Shown piece after piece: positions 10,917 through 20,564 of a stretch of DNA of 64,000 bases. The translations under genes were made by a program, and so were the position numbers. Every line of letters starts with the position of its first letter. Position 1 is the first letter of the stretch. The stretch spans positions 1,440,001 through 1,504,000 of the forward strand of contig OY762654.1 in the NCBI GenBank assembly GCA_963666205.1. Reading direction: 5' to 3'. This DNA comes from Synergistales bacterium. Lineage in GTDB: Bacteria > Synergistota > Synergistia > Synergistales > JAFGMB01. Under the pieces are notes generated by a model. It saw only the letters and a program-made list of their open reading frames with translations. It did no database searches and was not told where the DNA came from.

Positions 10917-11708
10917 ATGAATGGAAGCATTTTTTATTTTACGGGAACAGGAAACTCTCTGGCTGCAGCTGAAGAACTGGCTTCCATACTGGATATTTCA
11001 GAAATAATACCAATGGCCGGAGTATTGCAGAATGGCGATCCCGCCTGCAATAAAGATGTGGCTGGCTTTGTGTTTCCCCTGTATTACTGGGGGCTTCCCG
11101 AGATCGTTGAAAGATTCCTCGCAGAAGTCAACCTGGAGAAATGCAGTTATATTTTCGCTGTTGTAACAAGAAGTGGATCCAAGGGCAAGGTCTTTGATGA
11201 TATGAAAAAGATCCTTAATGAAAAAGGCAAAAACCTTAACGCAGGTTTCTACCTTACTATGCCGGGGAATTATATCCCCATGTACGACGTCGGTTCCAAA
11301 GATAAACAAAGACAACAGCTCGAAAAGGCCTCGGATACACTGAACAGGATAGCAGGAACGATCCTGGAAAGTCAGGATGAGGTAGACCAGGAGGGTGTTT
11401 TCCTGAAGGCTATGTCAAGCATAATCCACTCCAGGTGGAAGCAGAAAGTTCATAAAAAGGACGTCCTTTTCTCCCTGAAGCAGAACTGTACTTCCTGCGA
11501 ACTATGCTCAAGAGTCTGCCCGGTGGACAATATCAGGATGGTCAACGGCAGGCCAGTGTGGCTTCATCATTGCCAGGAGTGCATGGCCTGCATTCATGCC
11601 TGCCCGGTTGAGGCAATACAGTTCGGCAGAAAGACCGAGGGAAGAAGAAGATACCATCATCCGGATATCAGCTGGGAGAAGATCGCGGAGCAGAAAAAAC
11701 CCCTGTAA
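10917..11708 (+). CDS. EFR1-family flavodoxin-ferredoxin fusion
   Basis: FYFTGTGNS flavodoxin motif, MPGNY, two CxxCxxCxxxCP motifs. Confidence 0.9.
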   Translation: MNGSIFYFTGTGNSLAAAEELASILDISEIIPMAGVLQNGDPACNKDVAGFVFPLYYWGLPEIVERFLAEVNLEKCSYIFAVVTRSGSKGKVFDDMKKILNEKGKNLNAGFYLTMPGNYIPMYDVGSKDKQRQQLEKASDTLNRIAGTILESQDEVDQEGVFLKAMSSIIHSRWKQKVHKKDVLFSLKQNCTSCELCSRVCPVDNIRMVNGRPVWLHHCQECMACIHACPVEAIQFGRKTEGRRRYHHPDISWEKIAEQKKPL

Positions 11709-12120
11709 TTCCGGATCGCGGATTTTGGATTATTAAGATTTCAAGGGCTTGAACTTCAATCGGCAATCGAAAATCCAAAATCTAAAATTGCGACACCGCA
11801 GAGGACTTCCGCCAGAAAACACTGAATAACCCGAGGCGGACCTTCGGTCCGGTAGGAGATAGTTGAGTTCCACGTCAACGTTCGTTAAGATGAAATGCCG
11901 CTTTGTCTGAGGTTTTGTGTGTCACAAGATCGTAGATCTGTGACAAGGAAATCAGAAAGGAAGTTGACACAACTTTAAATAATAATTCTTTCCTTTTTCG
12001 ACACTATGAAATAAGTCATTTTTCGGATGATATGAATGTCCCAATGGGCTAAGATGTTCATGAATGACTTGTCAGAACTTGCTTTCTGAAATAGTCTTGA
12101 GAAAGAGAGAGTTTTTAGAA

Positions 12121-12903
12121 ATGAACAGGGATCCGGAAAATAGTGATCTGGAATACATAAAGGAAAAACTTAAGGAAAAATACGATAAGGCAGCTCTGAA
12201 TCCGAGGGGATTATTTCCCTATCCAGTGGGCCGGGACGGACTGAAAGCCCTTGATTATGACATGGACCTTGTAAATAAGCTCGATCCGGAGATTACCAGG
12301 TTCTTCTGCGGGGTAGGAAATCCTTTCTCCCTGGGCAAAATAAGACGGGGTGACAGGGTCCTGGACATTGGATGCGGTGGGGGTGTTGATACTCTCATTG
12401 CTGCTCTAATGGCGGGACCGGATGGCAGGGCTGTCGGAGTAGAAATTGTTGAGTCCATGTACGAGAGAGCCTGCAGCAATCTAAGGCTTTCCGGCCTCAT
12501 GAATGTAAGGTTCTTCCACGGTTCGGCTGAAAATCTTCCATTTAAAGAAAATTCCTTTGATATTATAATTTCCAATGGAGCCTTTAATCTTATAATCAAT
12601 AAGGAACAGGGGCTTAAAGAAGCCATAAGAGTCCTGAAACCCGGGGGTAGATTTATGGTCTCCGATCAGGTACAAAAGGATATATATTACTTTGATATGG
12701 AAGACCAGGGTGGCTGAAAGGGCAGGACTATTCCGGGAATGGATTTCCTGGTAATGATGAAAAAAACCGGTTTTACCGAAGTTGAAGCTATTGAAAAGAG
12801 AGGTTTCGAGAGTTCTGAAGAAACTGCAGCAATGTATTTCAGGGGGAAAAAACCCTGTGAAAAGACATTATCAGAATTAGACCGTCGGAGAAGGGGTTGT
12901 TAA
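12121..12903 (+). CDS. ArsM-like SAM-dependent methyltransferase, probable selenoprotein (Sec at UGA 12715-12717)
   Basis: CGVGNP and LDIGCGGG motifs; frame stays open past TGA (GG-U-KGRTIPGMDFLVMMKKTGF...RGKKP...GC) to TAA 12901-12903; SECIS-like hairpin follows. Confidence 0.8.
12730..12755 (+). promoter_or_regulatory. Bacterial SECIS-like hairpin
   Basis: ATT-CCGGGAA-TGGAT-TTCCTGG-T-AAT; apical loop with G at position 2 begins about 22 nt after the UGA. Confidence 0.7.
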
Positions 12904-12904
12904 T

Positions 12905-13162
12905 ATGGACGAAACAAGGCTTGAAATTCTACGCTCAGAAATTGACAGGATCGATGATTCCATAGTAGCTCTTCTTGAAAAGCGTCTTGAGGTAGCAAGA
13001 CAGATAGCCCTGGTTGACTGGAAGAAACCTGTTTTTGACCAGGTCAGACAGAAAACTATCCTTAAAAGACTCCATGAACAATTCCCCGAAATGGACAACA
13101 AGGCCCTGACTGCCATTTACGACGAGATAATGAAAATGTGCAGGGCTGTCTATAAAGAATAA
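12905..13162 (+). CDS. Chorismate mutase type II (AroQ class), copy 1
   Basis: LRSEIDRIDDSIVALLEKR...K.PVFDQVR pattern. Confidence 0.85.
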   Translation: MDETRLEILRSEIDRIDDSIVALLEKRLEVARQIALVDWKKPVFDQVRQKTILKRLHEQFPEMDNKALTAIYDEIMKMCRAVYKE

Positions 13163-13171
13163 TATAAAACA

Positions 13172-13205
13172 CAGATATCCCCGGGTTCTCATCCGGGGAT
13201 ATCTG
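13172..13205. terminator. Hairpin between convergent genes
   Basis: CAGATATCCCCGG...CCGGGGATATCTG. Confidence 0.55.
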
Positions 13206-13273
13206 CAGGCAAAGGGGGTCTCTGCCTCTTTTTCCAAGGAATAATGGTACTAGAAGGAGGGGGACTCCTTAAA

Positions 13274-14563
13274 CTATTGTTCTGTTATGATACCTGCTCC
13301 GACACTGTTCATGACTTCATAAAAGTTCGGGAATGAAACTGCAACACATTCACCTTCGGATACAGTCGTTTCGCCTTCGGCAGCAAGTCCTGCCACCTGA
13401 AGGGCCATGGCTATCCGGTGATCGTCATGTGAATCGACGGCTGCTCCCTTCACTTTTCCACCCTTTATGGTCAGGGTCCCATGGGTCTCTTCAACTTCAA
13501 CACCCATTTTTGCAAGTTCCTGGTGCATGAGAGCGACCCGGTCAGTTTCCTTGATGCGGACCATTTCCACGTTGGTAAGAGTTGTAGTTCCTTCAGCAAA
13601 AGCTCCAGCCACTGCCAGGACAGGTACCGCATCCGGAATATCAGAACAGTCTATTGTAATGCCCCTGAGAGGACTTCCTCCCCTGACTGTCAGACTTGAC
13701 CCTTCCCTGTTCAGAGTGATATCCGCGTTCATGGCTTTGAGCACATCAACGATCTGGTCATCTCCCTGACTTCCACTCAGATCCAGGTTCTCTATGGTTA
13801 TTTCGGAATCTGTTATCGCAGCGGCTACCAGTGGAAAGGCTACAGATTCCCAGTCGCTTGGAATAGCTGAATTTACAGCCTTGTATTTCTGTGGTCCCGT
13901 GATCTCAAAATACTTATAATTCTCATTGTCAAAATCAAAGGTTATACCCTGCTGTTCCATCCAGCCCGCTGTCATATCAAGATAGGGTCTTTCAATAGCA
14001 TTAGCTATTTCAATTCGCGTTGTCCCTTCAAGAAGGGGCGATACAAGCATGACCGCAGACACATACTGGGAAAAGTTGCCCTCAAGATGTATGGTCCCGG
14101 ATTTTATGGGACCTCTGAGAACTGCAGGAGGAGATTTTACTCCCTTTCTGGTTGTAAAACCTTCGGCACCAAGCTCGGAGAGGGCTTCGATGAGGGGAGC
14201 AATGGGTCGTTTGCGGATCTGATGGTCACCTGTAAGGACTGTCCAGTCTTCAAGGAGGGCTGCCATGGCTGCCACAAAATAGAGGGTAGTTCCGGAATTC
14301 CCCACGTCCAGGACATCTTCGGGAACCTGCAGTTTTCCTGCAAGCCCTTCCACGGTCCAGAGATTCTCCATTTCCTCCGTTACAGAACCGAAGGCACGGG
14401 CTGCTTTCATGGAAGACAGACAGTCGCGGCTTGGCAGTGGATTATGTATAAAGGATTTACCTTCCGCCATGGCTGCTATAAGGACAGCTCTGATAGTATG
14501 ACTCTTTGAACCGGGTACGGACAGTGTCCCTGATAGATTCCCTGGTTTAACTCTAGCTAACAT
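13274..14563 (-). CDS. aroA: EPSP synthase-like enolpyruvyl transferase, divergent second copy
   Basis: PGSKSHTIR, GNSGTT, RP, RIKETDR, DHRIAM; overlaps the tctA stop. Confidence 0.85.
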   Translation of the reverse strand: MLARVKPGNLSGTLSVPGSKSHTIRAVLIAAMAEGKSFIHNPLPSRDCLSSMKAARAFGSVTEEMENLWTVEGLAGKLQVPEDVLDVGNSGTTLYFVAAMAALLEDWTVLTGDHQIRKRPIAPLIEALSELGAEGFTTRKGVKSPPAVLRGPIKSGTIHLEGNFSQYVSAVMLVSPLLEGTTRIEIANAIERPYLDMTAGWMEQQGITFDFDNENYKYFEITGPQKYKAVNSAIPSDWESVAFPLVAAAITDSEITIENLDLSGSQGDDQIVDVLKAMNADITLNREGSSLTVRGGSPLRGITIDCSDIPDAVPVLAVAGAFAEGTTTLTNVEMVRIKETDRVALMHQELAKMGVEVEETHGTLTIKGGKVKGAAVDSHDDHRIAMALQVAGLAAEGETTVSEGECVAVSFPNFYEVMNSVGAGIITEQ

Positions 14564-16058
14564 TTGTTTTCCTCCTTCTGAAGATGGAACTGAAAACCTG
14601 CCTGCAGGCAGGGATATTTGACATGATAGAAATAATTATCAATACCAGAAGGGTCAGACTTATGGGACGCATGAAAAGGGAAACCATAATGCTGTCACCG
14701 GCTTCTGCAAGGTTTATGGCCCTCCTGAGGCTGGAATCCATTATTCCTCCCAGCACCAGACCCAGAACCATTGGTGCAACAGAATAATTCCGCTGGCGCA
14801 TTACAAAACCAAGGAATCCGAAGATGATCATCAGAAGAACTTCAAAAAGGCTTGAGTTTACAGCATAGGCCCCTATGACACAGAGGACCGTGACAACAGG
14901 CATGAGTATTTTCTTTGGAACAAGAACTACCCTTGCAAGCTGGGGTACCACCGTTACTCCCAGAAGAAGCATCATGAAAGCTCCCAGGAAACCTCCAGCA
15001 AGGATTATGGAGAATAGTTCCGGTGTCTCCAGGAAAAGGAGAGGACCAGGCCTTAGTCCGTGTACATAAAAAGCCGCAAGGATAACAGCCGTTACAGCAT
15101 CACCCGGTATGGCAAGAGTAAGCATGGGAATAAGGGCTCCTCCCACACATGCGTTATTAGCAGCCTCACTGGCTACAATACCTTCAACTGCTCCTTCACC
15201 GAAGGGCCGGCTGGGATTCCTGACTGTTTTTCTGGCCTGATCATATGCTATGAGAGACGCTACAGGTCCTCCTGCTCCAGGAAGAGCTCCGATTATGGTC
15301 CCTATGGCTGCAGACCTGAGAGAAAGAGGAAGGTATTTCAGCATCCCTTTAATATCGATCTTCATTCGTCCTGCTTTGGTAGCAATGGCTTTGAGGGTGC
15401 CCTGCCCCACCTGGGTAAGGACCTCTGAAAATCCGAAAAGTCCTATAAGGACCGGTATAAGGGCAATTCCTGCCTGAAGGTTCATGCTTCCGAAGGTGAA
15501 CCGGGTGGAACCCATTATGGGATCCATTCCTACAAGGCTGAACATTATTCCAAGTAATGCACTGATGAGTCCCTTTATAAAGCTCTTTGAAGTCAGTGAA
15601 CCTACGGTAGTCAGACCGAACAGGGCAAGGAGAAAATAATCCAGGGGGGAAAAAGCCAGGGCTATGGACGTAATTGGTTTTGCCACCATAGACAGGACAA
15701 GAAGACCGAAAATGGTTCCTATGAAGGACTGGAAAGTGGCTGCCCACAGGGCTTCCGAGGCTTCACCCTTCTGAGCCATGGGAAATCCGTCAAGTGTGGT
15801 GGCTACTGCAGCAGGAGCACCAGGGATATTTATGAGTATTGCAGATACAGCACCTGCGAAAACTCCCGAAACATAAACTCCCATGATAACAGCTATGGCG
15901 CTCTTTACGCTCCAGCTGAAAGTGATCGATACAAGCAGAGCGGTAGCCATGGTGACTGAAAGTCCCGGAATTGCTCCAACCAGCAACCCTCCCATGGAAC
16001 CGACAAGAACCAGAATAATAAAATTAAGATCAATAACTGAAAGCATCTGAAGTAACAT
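14553..16058 (-). CDS. tctA: Tripartite tricarboxylate transporter permease TctA
   Basis: GAIPGL, NIPGAPA, GALPGAG, EAANNA, TLAIPG, PGPLLF. Confidence 0.92.
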   Translation of the reverse strand: MLLQMLSVIDLNFIILVLVGSMGGLLVGAIPGLSVTMATALLVSITFSWSVKSAIAVIMGVYVSGVFAGAVSAILINIPGAPAAVATTLDGFPMAQKGEASEALWAATFQSFIGTIFGLLVLSMVAKPITSIALAFSPLDYFLLALFGLTTVGSLTSKSFIKGLISALLGIMFSLVGMDPIMGSTRFTFGSMNLQAGIALIPVLIGLFGFSEVLTQVGQGTLKAIATKAGRMKIDIKGMLKYLPLSLRSAAIGTIIGALPGAGGPVASLIAYDQARKTVRNPSRPFGEGAVEGIVASEAANNACVGGALIPMLTLAIPGDAVTAVILAAFYVHGLRPGPLLFLETPELFSIILAGGFLGAFMMLLLGVTVVPQLARVVLVPKKILMPVVTVLCVIGAYAVNSSLFEVLLMIIFGFLGFVMRQRNYSVAPMVLGLVLGGIMDSSLRRAINLAEAGDSIMVSLFMRPISLTLLVLIIISIMSNIPACRQVFSSIFRRRKTNVS

Positions 16059-16077
16059 CGATATCGACCATCCGGAT

Positions 16078-16542
16078 TCAGGGTAAAAGAACTTTAAGCA
16101 TGCTGCCAAAAATGAAATAGATGACGAGTGTCGTGGAAACCGAGACCAGCCCTACCATCCATATCCGCCTCTCTCCTATATAAAAGAGAAACAATGCAAG
16201 AAAAGCCACGGTAGATATTACAAAATGAAACAGGGGAAGAACCGTTATATAGACAAGACTGATAAGGGTCACAACCAGGACAGACTTCCACCTGGTCCCC
16301 TGGGCCTCATCTTTCCCTGCCGAGACAATGCCCTTTTTTATCCCTTTGAAAAGAAGACCCAGGGCAAGAAAAAAAAGTACCACAGCTCCAAGAGCCGGAA
16401 AGGTACCTGGAGACAGTACGGTTTCACCAAAACCATCCATTCTGGTAGAGAGAAAGAATATAAAAAGGGAAAGGATAAGAAAAAGAGCACTGTCTAAAAG
16501 ATCTTTATTACGGTTCAGAAACCACCTTGACAACACGATCAT
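16078..16542 (-). CDS. tctB: Tripartite tricarboxylate transporter TctB
   Basis: 4-TM protein with PGTFP and a C-terminal LP, between tctC and tctA. Confidence 0.88.
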   Translation of the reverse strand: MIVLSRWFLNRNKDLLDSALFLILSLFIFFLSTRMDGFGETVLSPGTFPALGAVVLFFLALGLLFKGIKKGIVSAGKDEAQGTRWKSVLVVTLISLVYITVLPLFHFVISTVAFLALFLFYIGERRIWMVGLVSVSTTLVIYFIFGSMLKVLLP

Positions 16543-16613
16543 CCCTTCAGATATATTTACGGGAACATGTGAAGGGAGGAAGGGAAAGCCCTTCCTCCCT
16601 GTCTAAACTGTAA

Positions 16614-17633
16614 CTATAGCTTCGGAATATTGAACTCGGCAGGGCTCTTTTTTGTGACTCCTGCATCATAGAGGAGCCATGTTACTATGGACTGCCATTT
16701 CTTCCAGTAGTCCATGACAGCCTGTCCCTTAAGTTCGTCCAGCTTCACATACATGCTGCTTTTACTGAAATTGATCCATTCAGGTTCCATTACAGCCTTT
16801 TCTGCTGCTTCGAGAAGGACCTTCTGAACTTCCTCAGGAGTACCCTTGTTTACAAGGAGGCAGTTGGGGAAGACAAGGGGCAGGAACTTATCCAGCTCGG
16901 GAAGAGCATCAGTCATAGCAGGCACTCCATCCAGGAACATGCTGGGCCCGTTGGAGAAAGCCGCCAGAGGACGAAGTTTTCCAGACTTGATGTAGTCAAG
17001 AACGGTTCCCAGGTTGGAAAAGGTGAAGTCAACCTGTCCGCCAAGCACTGCCAGAAGGGCCGGGTTTCCTCCTCCAAAGGGGGTCATGGAAACATCAAGA
17101 CCGGCGTTGTTTGTCAGCAGCAGACCCTGGATATGACCGCTGGCCCCAGGTCCGGAATAGGACATGCGCACCTTTCCGGGACGGGCCTTGATGTCATTGA
17201 TGAGATCTTCAAAGGTTTTGTAGGGAGAATCGGCTGGCACCACGATCATTTTTTCGGTATAGACAAGCATCATGAGGGCTTCAAAATCTTCAAAACCGAG
17301 ATTGCTGGTACCCATTACCTTGAAAACAGCAGGGGTTTCGGCAGAAAGAAGGACAGTATATCCATCTGCTGGTTTGGAATGGGCAAAGTCTGTTCCGATA
17401 GCACCGGAGGCTCCAGGCCTGTTCACTATCACTACGGACTGTCCGAGATGTTTTTCCCAGAGAGGAGCAAATACCCTGGCGGTCCTGTCAGTGATACCGC
17501 CTGCCGACCAGGGAACTACAAGGGTTATGCTCTTTGAGGGAAAATCAGCTGCAAATACTGAAAGGGACATTACAAACAAGAGGATCATAGCCAGAACGCT
17601 CATAATTACGCTCTTTTTCATACTTAATTTCAT
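16614..17633 (-). CDS. tctC: TTT substrate-binding protein TctC/Bug
   Basis: Signal peptide, FPSKSITLVVPWSAGGITD, NRPGASG, KPADGYT. Confidence 0.92.
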   Translation of the reverse strand: MKLSMKKSVIMSVLAMILLFVMSLSVFAADFPSKSITLVVPWSAGGITDRTARVFAPLWEKHLGQSVVIVNRPGASGAIGTDFAHSKPADGYTVLLSAETPAVFKVMGTSNLGFEDFEALMMLVYTEKMIVVPADSPYKTFEDLINDIKARPGKVRMSYSGPGASGHIQGLLLTNNAGLDVSMTPFGGGNPALLAVLGGQVDFTFSNLGTVLDYIKSGKLRPLAAFSNGPSMFLDGVPAMTDALPELDKFLPLVFPNCLLVNKGTPEEVQKVLLEAAEKAVMEPEWINFSKSSMYVKLDELKGQAVMDYWKKWQSIVTWLLYDAGVTKKSPAEFNIPKL

Positions 17634-17681
17634 GATCTTTACCTCCTCGGAGTTTTTCTTATTTCTTTGATCCTGAATTAT

Positions 17682-17695
17682 TGTAAACGTTTACA
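17682..17695. promoter_or_regulatory. LacI-family operator 1
   Basis: Perfect palindrome TGTAAACGTTTACA just downstream of the tctC promoter. Confidence 0.75.
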
Positions 17696-17709
17696 TCTTT
17701 TCCAGACTT

Positions 17710-17738
17710 ATTCTATTTTAGCGGAAGGAATCTGTCAA
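17710..17738 (-). promoter_or_regulatory. Sigma70 promoter of tctCBA-aroA
   Basis: TTGACA-17-TAGAAT. Confidence 0.75.
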
Positions 17739-17751
17739 TAACAGTAATGCC

Positions 17752-17780
17752 TTGACTAGCATCACCTCCTGATTTATAGT
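17752..17780 (+). promoter_or_regulatory. Sigma70 promoter of MFS-lacI
   Basis: TTGACT-17-TATAGT. Confidence 0.65.
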
Positions 17781-17836
17781 TACAATAACTGAAATTACAT
17801 CGTTTATAAAAAAAACTAAAGGAGCGGCTTTTCTAT

Positions 17837-17850
17837 TGGAAACGTTTACA
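17837..17850. promoter_or_regulatory. LacI-family operator 2
   Basis: TGGAAACGTTTACA, one mismatch to operator 1. Confidence 0.65.
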
Positions 17851-17883
17851 AAAACTGAATCTTCCTTTAATTCTTCATCTGTA

Positions 17884-19185
17884 ATGCAGTCATACCTGAT
17901 ATATTCACTGCTCATATCAGCTTATTTCTTTTCCTTCTTTTTCAGGGTATCTGCATCGGTAGTTCTTCCCGATCTGGCCCTGAAGTGGGGCATGAGCGCG
18001 ACTCTTACAGGTTTTATCTCAAGTCTTTATTTTTATGCCTACGCCCTCATGCAGCCTGTAAGCGGCAACCTGAACGACAGGTTCGGGCCATTGAGAGTAG
18101 TCTCTTCAGGTCTCGTCGTTACTGCTCTCGGAGCTACAATGTTCGCATATGGATCAAATCCATTCATAATCGGCACGGGAAGACTGCTGACCGGGCTTGG
18201 ACTCGCACCAATGCTTTCCGGAGCTCTGGTTTTTCAGGCTTCGTCCTTTCCTTCAAACAGGTATGCCTTCTTCTCCGGGATAACATACACCATCGGCAAT
18301 TTCGGCGCTGTAGCGTCGGTATCACCCCTGGGATATGCCCTCGATGCGTGGGGAAGATCCTGGGTATTCATGATACTGGCCCTTCTTAACATCCTTCTTG
18401 CAGCAGCACTTATCTTCAATCGGAAGAAAGATCCTTTATTGTTGAAGAATACAGAAGCTTCTTCCGGAAAGGGTTTCTCTCCTTCCCATATTCTGGGAGA
18501 ACTTAAAAGGGCCTTCGGAATTATCCGGAAATCCCGTCAGCTGAAGAGGATGAGTTTCTTCTGGGCAGCCTCTACTGCTTCCATAATGGCCTTTCAGGGT
18601 CTTTGGGCAGTCTCCTGGTACAAGGCTGTTTATGATGTTTCCCAGGGAAGGGCCCGATTCTGGGCTACAATGATAGGGGTGGGAGTTCTTGTGGGCAGTT
18701 TCCTGGGAGCCCAGATAGCACCGGATGCGAAGGACCGCAAAAAGGCTATCTTCCTTTCAGGCTCAGCCTACTGCACTCTCTGGGGCATCCTGCTTCTTTG
18801 CGCTTTGTTCAAAGCTCCCCTTCCGGTTACCGGGATCACAGGTTTTCTCATAGGTCTGTCGGCAGGGGTTGCCTTCGATCATCTGACAGCCGGCGTGAAT
18901 GATATAGCAGAACCGGGCTTCAAAGGTTCCCTTTTCGGGGCAATGAATCTCCTGAACTTTACCGGAGTGATAATTTTTCAGTGGGGAACGGGGGCTGTTA
19001 TATCCCTTTTCCCTTCGGCTGTCCCGGGAGGCTATTCCGCTCCCGGTTATAATATAACCTTCGGACTCGTAGTAATTTTCATATGGCTTGCCTTTTCAAT
19101 GATACCCGGACTTGATTCATTTGATAAAGCCAGCCTTACAGAAGGGGTCTTCAGGGGGGTTGAACTTGAAAAAAAGATCAAATGA
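17884..19185 (+). CDS. MFS transporter
   Basis: About 12 TM segments, GNLNDRFGPLR motif A, GRLLTGLG. Confidence 0.88.
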   Translation: MQSYLIYSLLISAYFFSFFFRVSASVVLPDLALKWGMSATLTGFISSLYFYAYALMQPVSGNLNDRFGPLRVVSSGLVVTALGATMFAYGSNPFIIGTGRLLTGLGLAPMLSGALVFQASSFPSNRYAFFSGITYTIGNFGAVASVSPLGYALDAWGRSWVFMILALLNILLAAALIFNRKKDPLLLKNTEASSGKGFSPSHILGELKRAFGIIRKSRQLKRMSFFWAASTASIMAFQGLWAVSWYKAVYDVSQGRARFWATMIGVGVLVGSFLGAQIAPDAKDRKKAIFLSGSAYCTLWGILLLCALFKAPLPVTGITGFLIGLSAGVAFDHLTAGVNDIAEPGFKGSLFGAMNLLNFTGVIIFQWGTGAVISLFPSAVPGGYSAPGYNITFGLVVIFIWLAFSMIPGLDSFDKASLTEGVFRGVELEKKIK

Positions 19186-20251
19186 AAGAATTCCGACACT
19201 TAATGAAGTTGCACGCCTGGCAGGAGTATCTGTAGCAACCGTTTCAAGGGTCCTCAACGGAAAGGGTGCCCGGCCTGAAGTAGAGACAAGGGTACTTGCT
19301 GCAGCCAAGGAACTCCGGTATAAACCTAATCCGGGAGCCCGCTTTATGAAAGGCAAAAGAGCGGAAAACATCGGACTTCTTCTGCCAATGATATCCCATC
19401 CCTTCTTCGGAGCTCTTGCCGAAGGGGCCCTGGAAGAAGCAGGCAAAAACGACCAGGTGGTTGTTATAGCCAGTTCCCGGGGAAACCGGGAACTGGAAAA
19501 ACAGAAACTGGAACAGTTTTCAAGGTCCTTTCTCGATGGCATGATCTATTTCCCCGTTGAAAAGGGAGAGACATTTCCCGAAATAGAACATTTCCGTAAC
19601 ATTCCCCTCGTAGTCGCAGGAAGAAGAGCCATCTTCCCGAATAAACCCCATGTATATTCGGATAACCTCAAGGGCGGCTACCTTGCCACGAAGTATCTTT
19701 TAAGGCTGGGAAGAGAAAAAATAGCCTTTTTCGCCGGTTTCTGGACTCCTCCCTGCACTCATAAAAACATCAGAGAAGCCTCTGAAGGCCCAAGTTCCGG
19801 GGCTTTTTCATCCCTGGACAGATTCCGGGGCTACCTTAAAGCCCTTGAAGAAGCTTCCCTTGATCTTGATACAGACCTTGTAACGGTATGCGGTTATGAC
19901 TTCAAATCAGGAATAGAGGCAGCAAAGGAACTTACTGCCAGAATGGTCAACGTTGATGCCCTTATCTGTCCCAATGACCTTGTTGCAGCCGGAGCGATCC
20001 AGTTCCTTGAACAGCAGGGCATGAAAATCCCCGAAGACATCTCCGTCGCCGGGTATGATGACGACCCCATCGCAGTCATGACAACCCCCACCCTTACCAC
20101 TATCAGGCAGCAGACAACCCGTATAGGGATAGAATCCGTAGGGTTGATCAACAGCCTTATCAGGGGAAAAACTGTTGATGACGTTGTGGTGGACGTGGAT
20201 CTGATTATAAGGAATTCAACCTCCCATACCAGGAAAGACTCACTGTCATAG
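19166..20251 (+). CDS. LacI-family transcriptional regulator
   Basis: TLNEVARLAGVSVATVSRVLN HTH, YKPN, IPEDISVAGYDD; start approximate. Confidence 0.92.
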   Translation: MKKRSNERIPTLNEVARLAGVSVATVSRVLNGKGARPEVETRVLAAAKELRYKPNPGARFMKGKRAENIGLLLPMISHPFFGALAEGALEEAGKNDQVVVIASSRGNRELEKQKLEQFSRSFLDGMIYFPVEKGETFPEIEHFRNIPLVVAGRRAIFPNKPHVYSDNLKGGYLATKYLLRLGREKIAFFAGFWTPPCTHKNIREASEGPSSGAFSSLDRFRGYLKALEEASLDLDTDLVTVCGYDFKSGIEAAKELTARMVNVDALICPNDLVAAGAIQFLEQQGMKIPEDISVAGYDDDPIAVMTTPTLTTIRQQTTRIGIESVGLINSLIRGKTVDDVVVDVDLIIRNSTSHTRKDSLS

Positions 20252-20266
20252 GGGAGGATGATCCTC

Positions 20267-20533
20267 CTAACCAGTCTTCTTCATCTGGACGGAACGGCAC
20301 AGGGCAATGATCTCTGTATAAACGGACGCCAGGGCTTCTCCATCTATATCAGGGGCAAGATCCTGAAGTCTTCTTATAACTGCCATTTCCCTTTCCGGGT
20401 CATAGACAGGCCTGCTGCCCTTGGCTTCTCCTATCTCCCTGGCCACGGCCACCCTTTCCCGGAGCATCTTTATTATTGAATTATCGATGGAATCTATCTT
20501 CAGTCTGAGTTCCTTCAACCTTGTTTCATTCAT
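20267..20533 (-). CDS. Chorismate mutase type II, copy 2 (end of aro operon)
   Basis: LRLKIDSIDNSIIKMLRER...K..PVYDPERE. Confidence 0.88.
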   Translation of the reverse strand: MNETRLKELRLKIDSIDNSIIKMLRERVAVAREIGEAKGSRPVYDPEREMAVIRRLQDLAPDIDGEALASVYTEIIALCRSVQMKKTG

Positions 20534-20564
20534 GGAATTGCACTTCCTTCGGTCATAGATCTCT

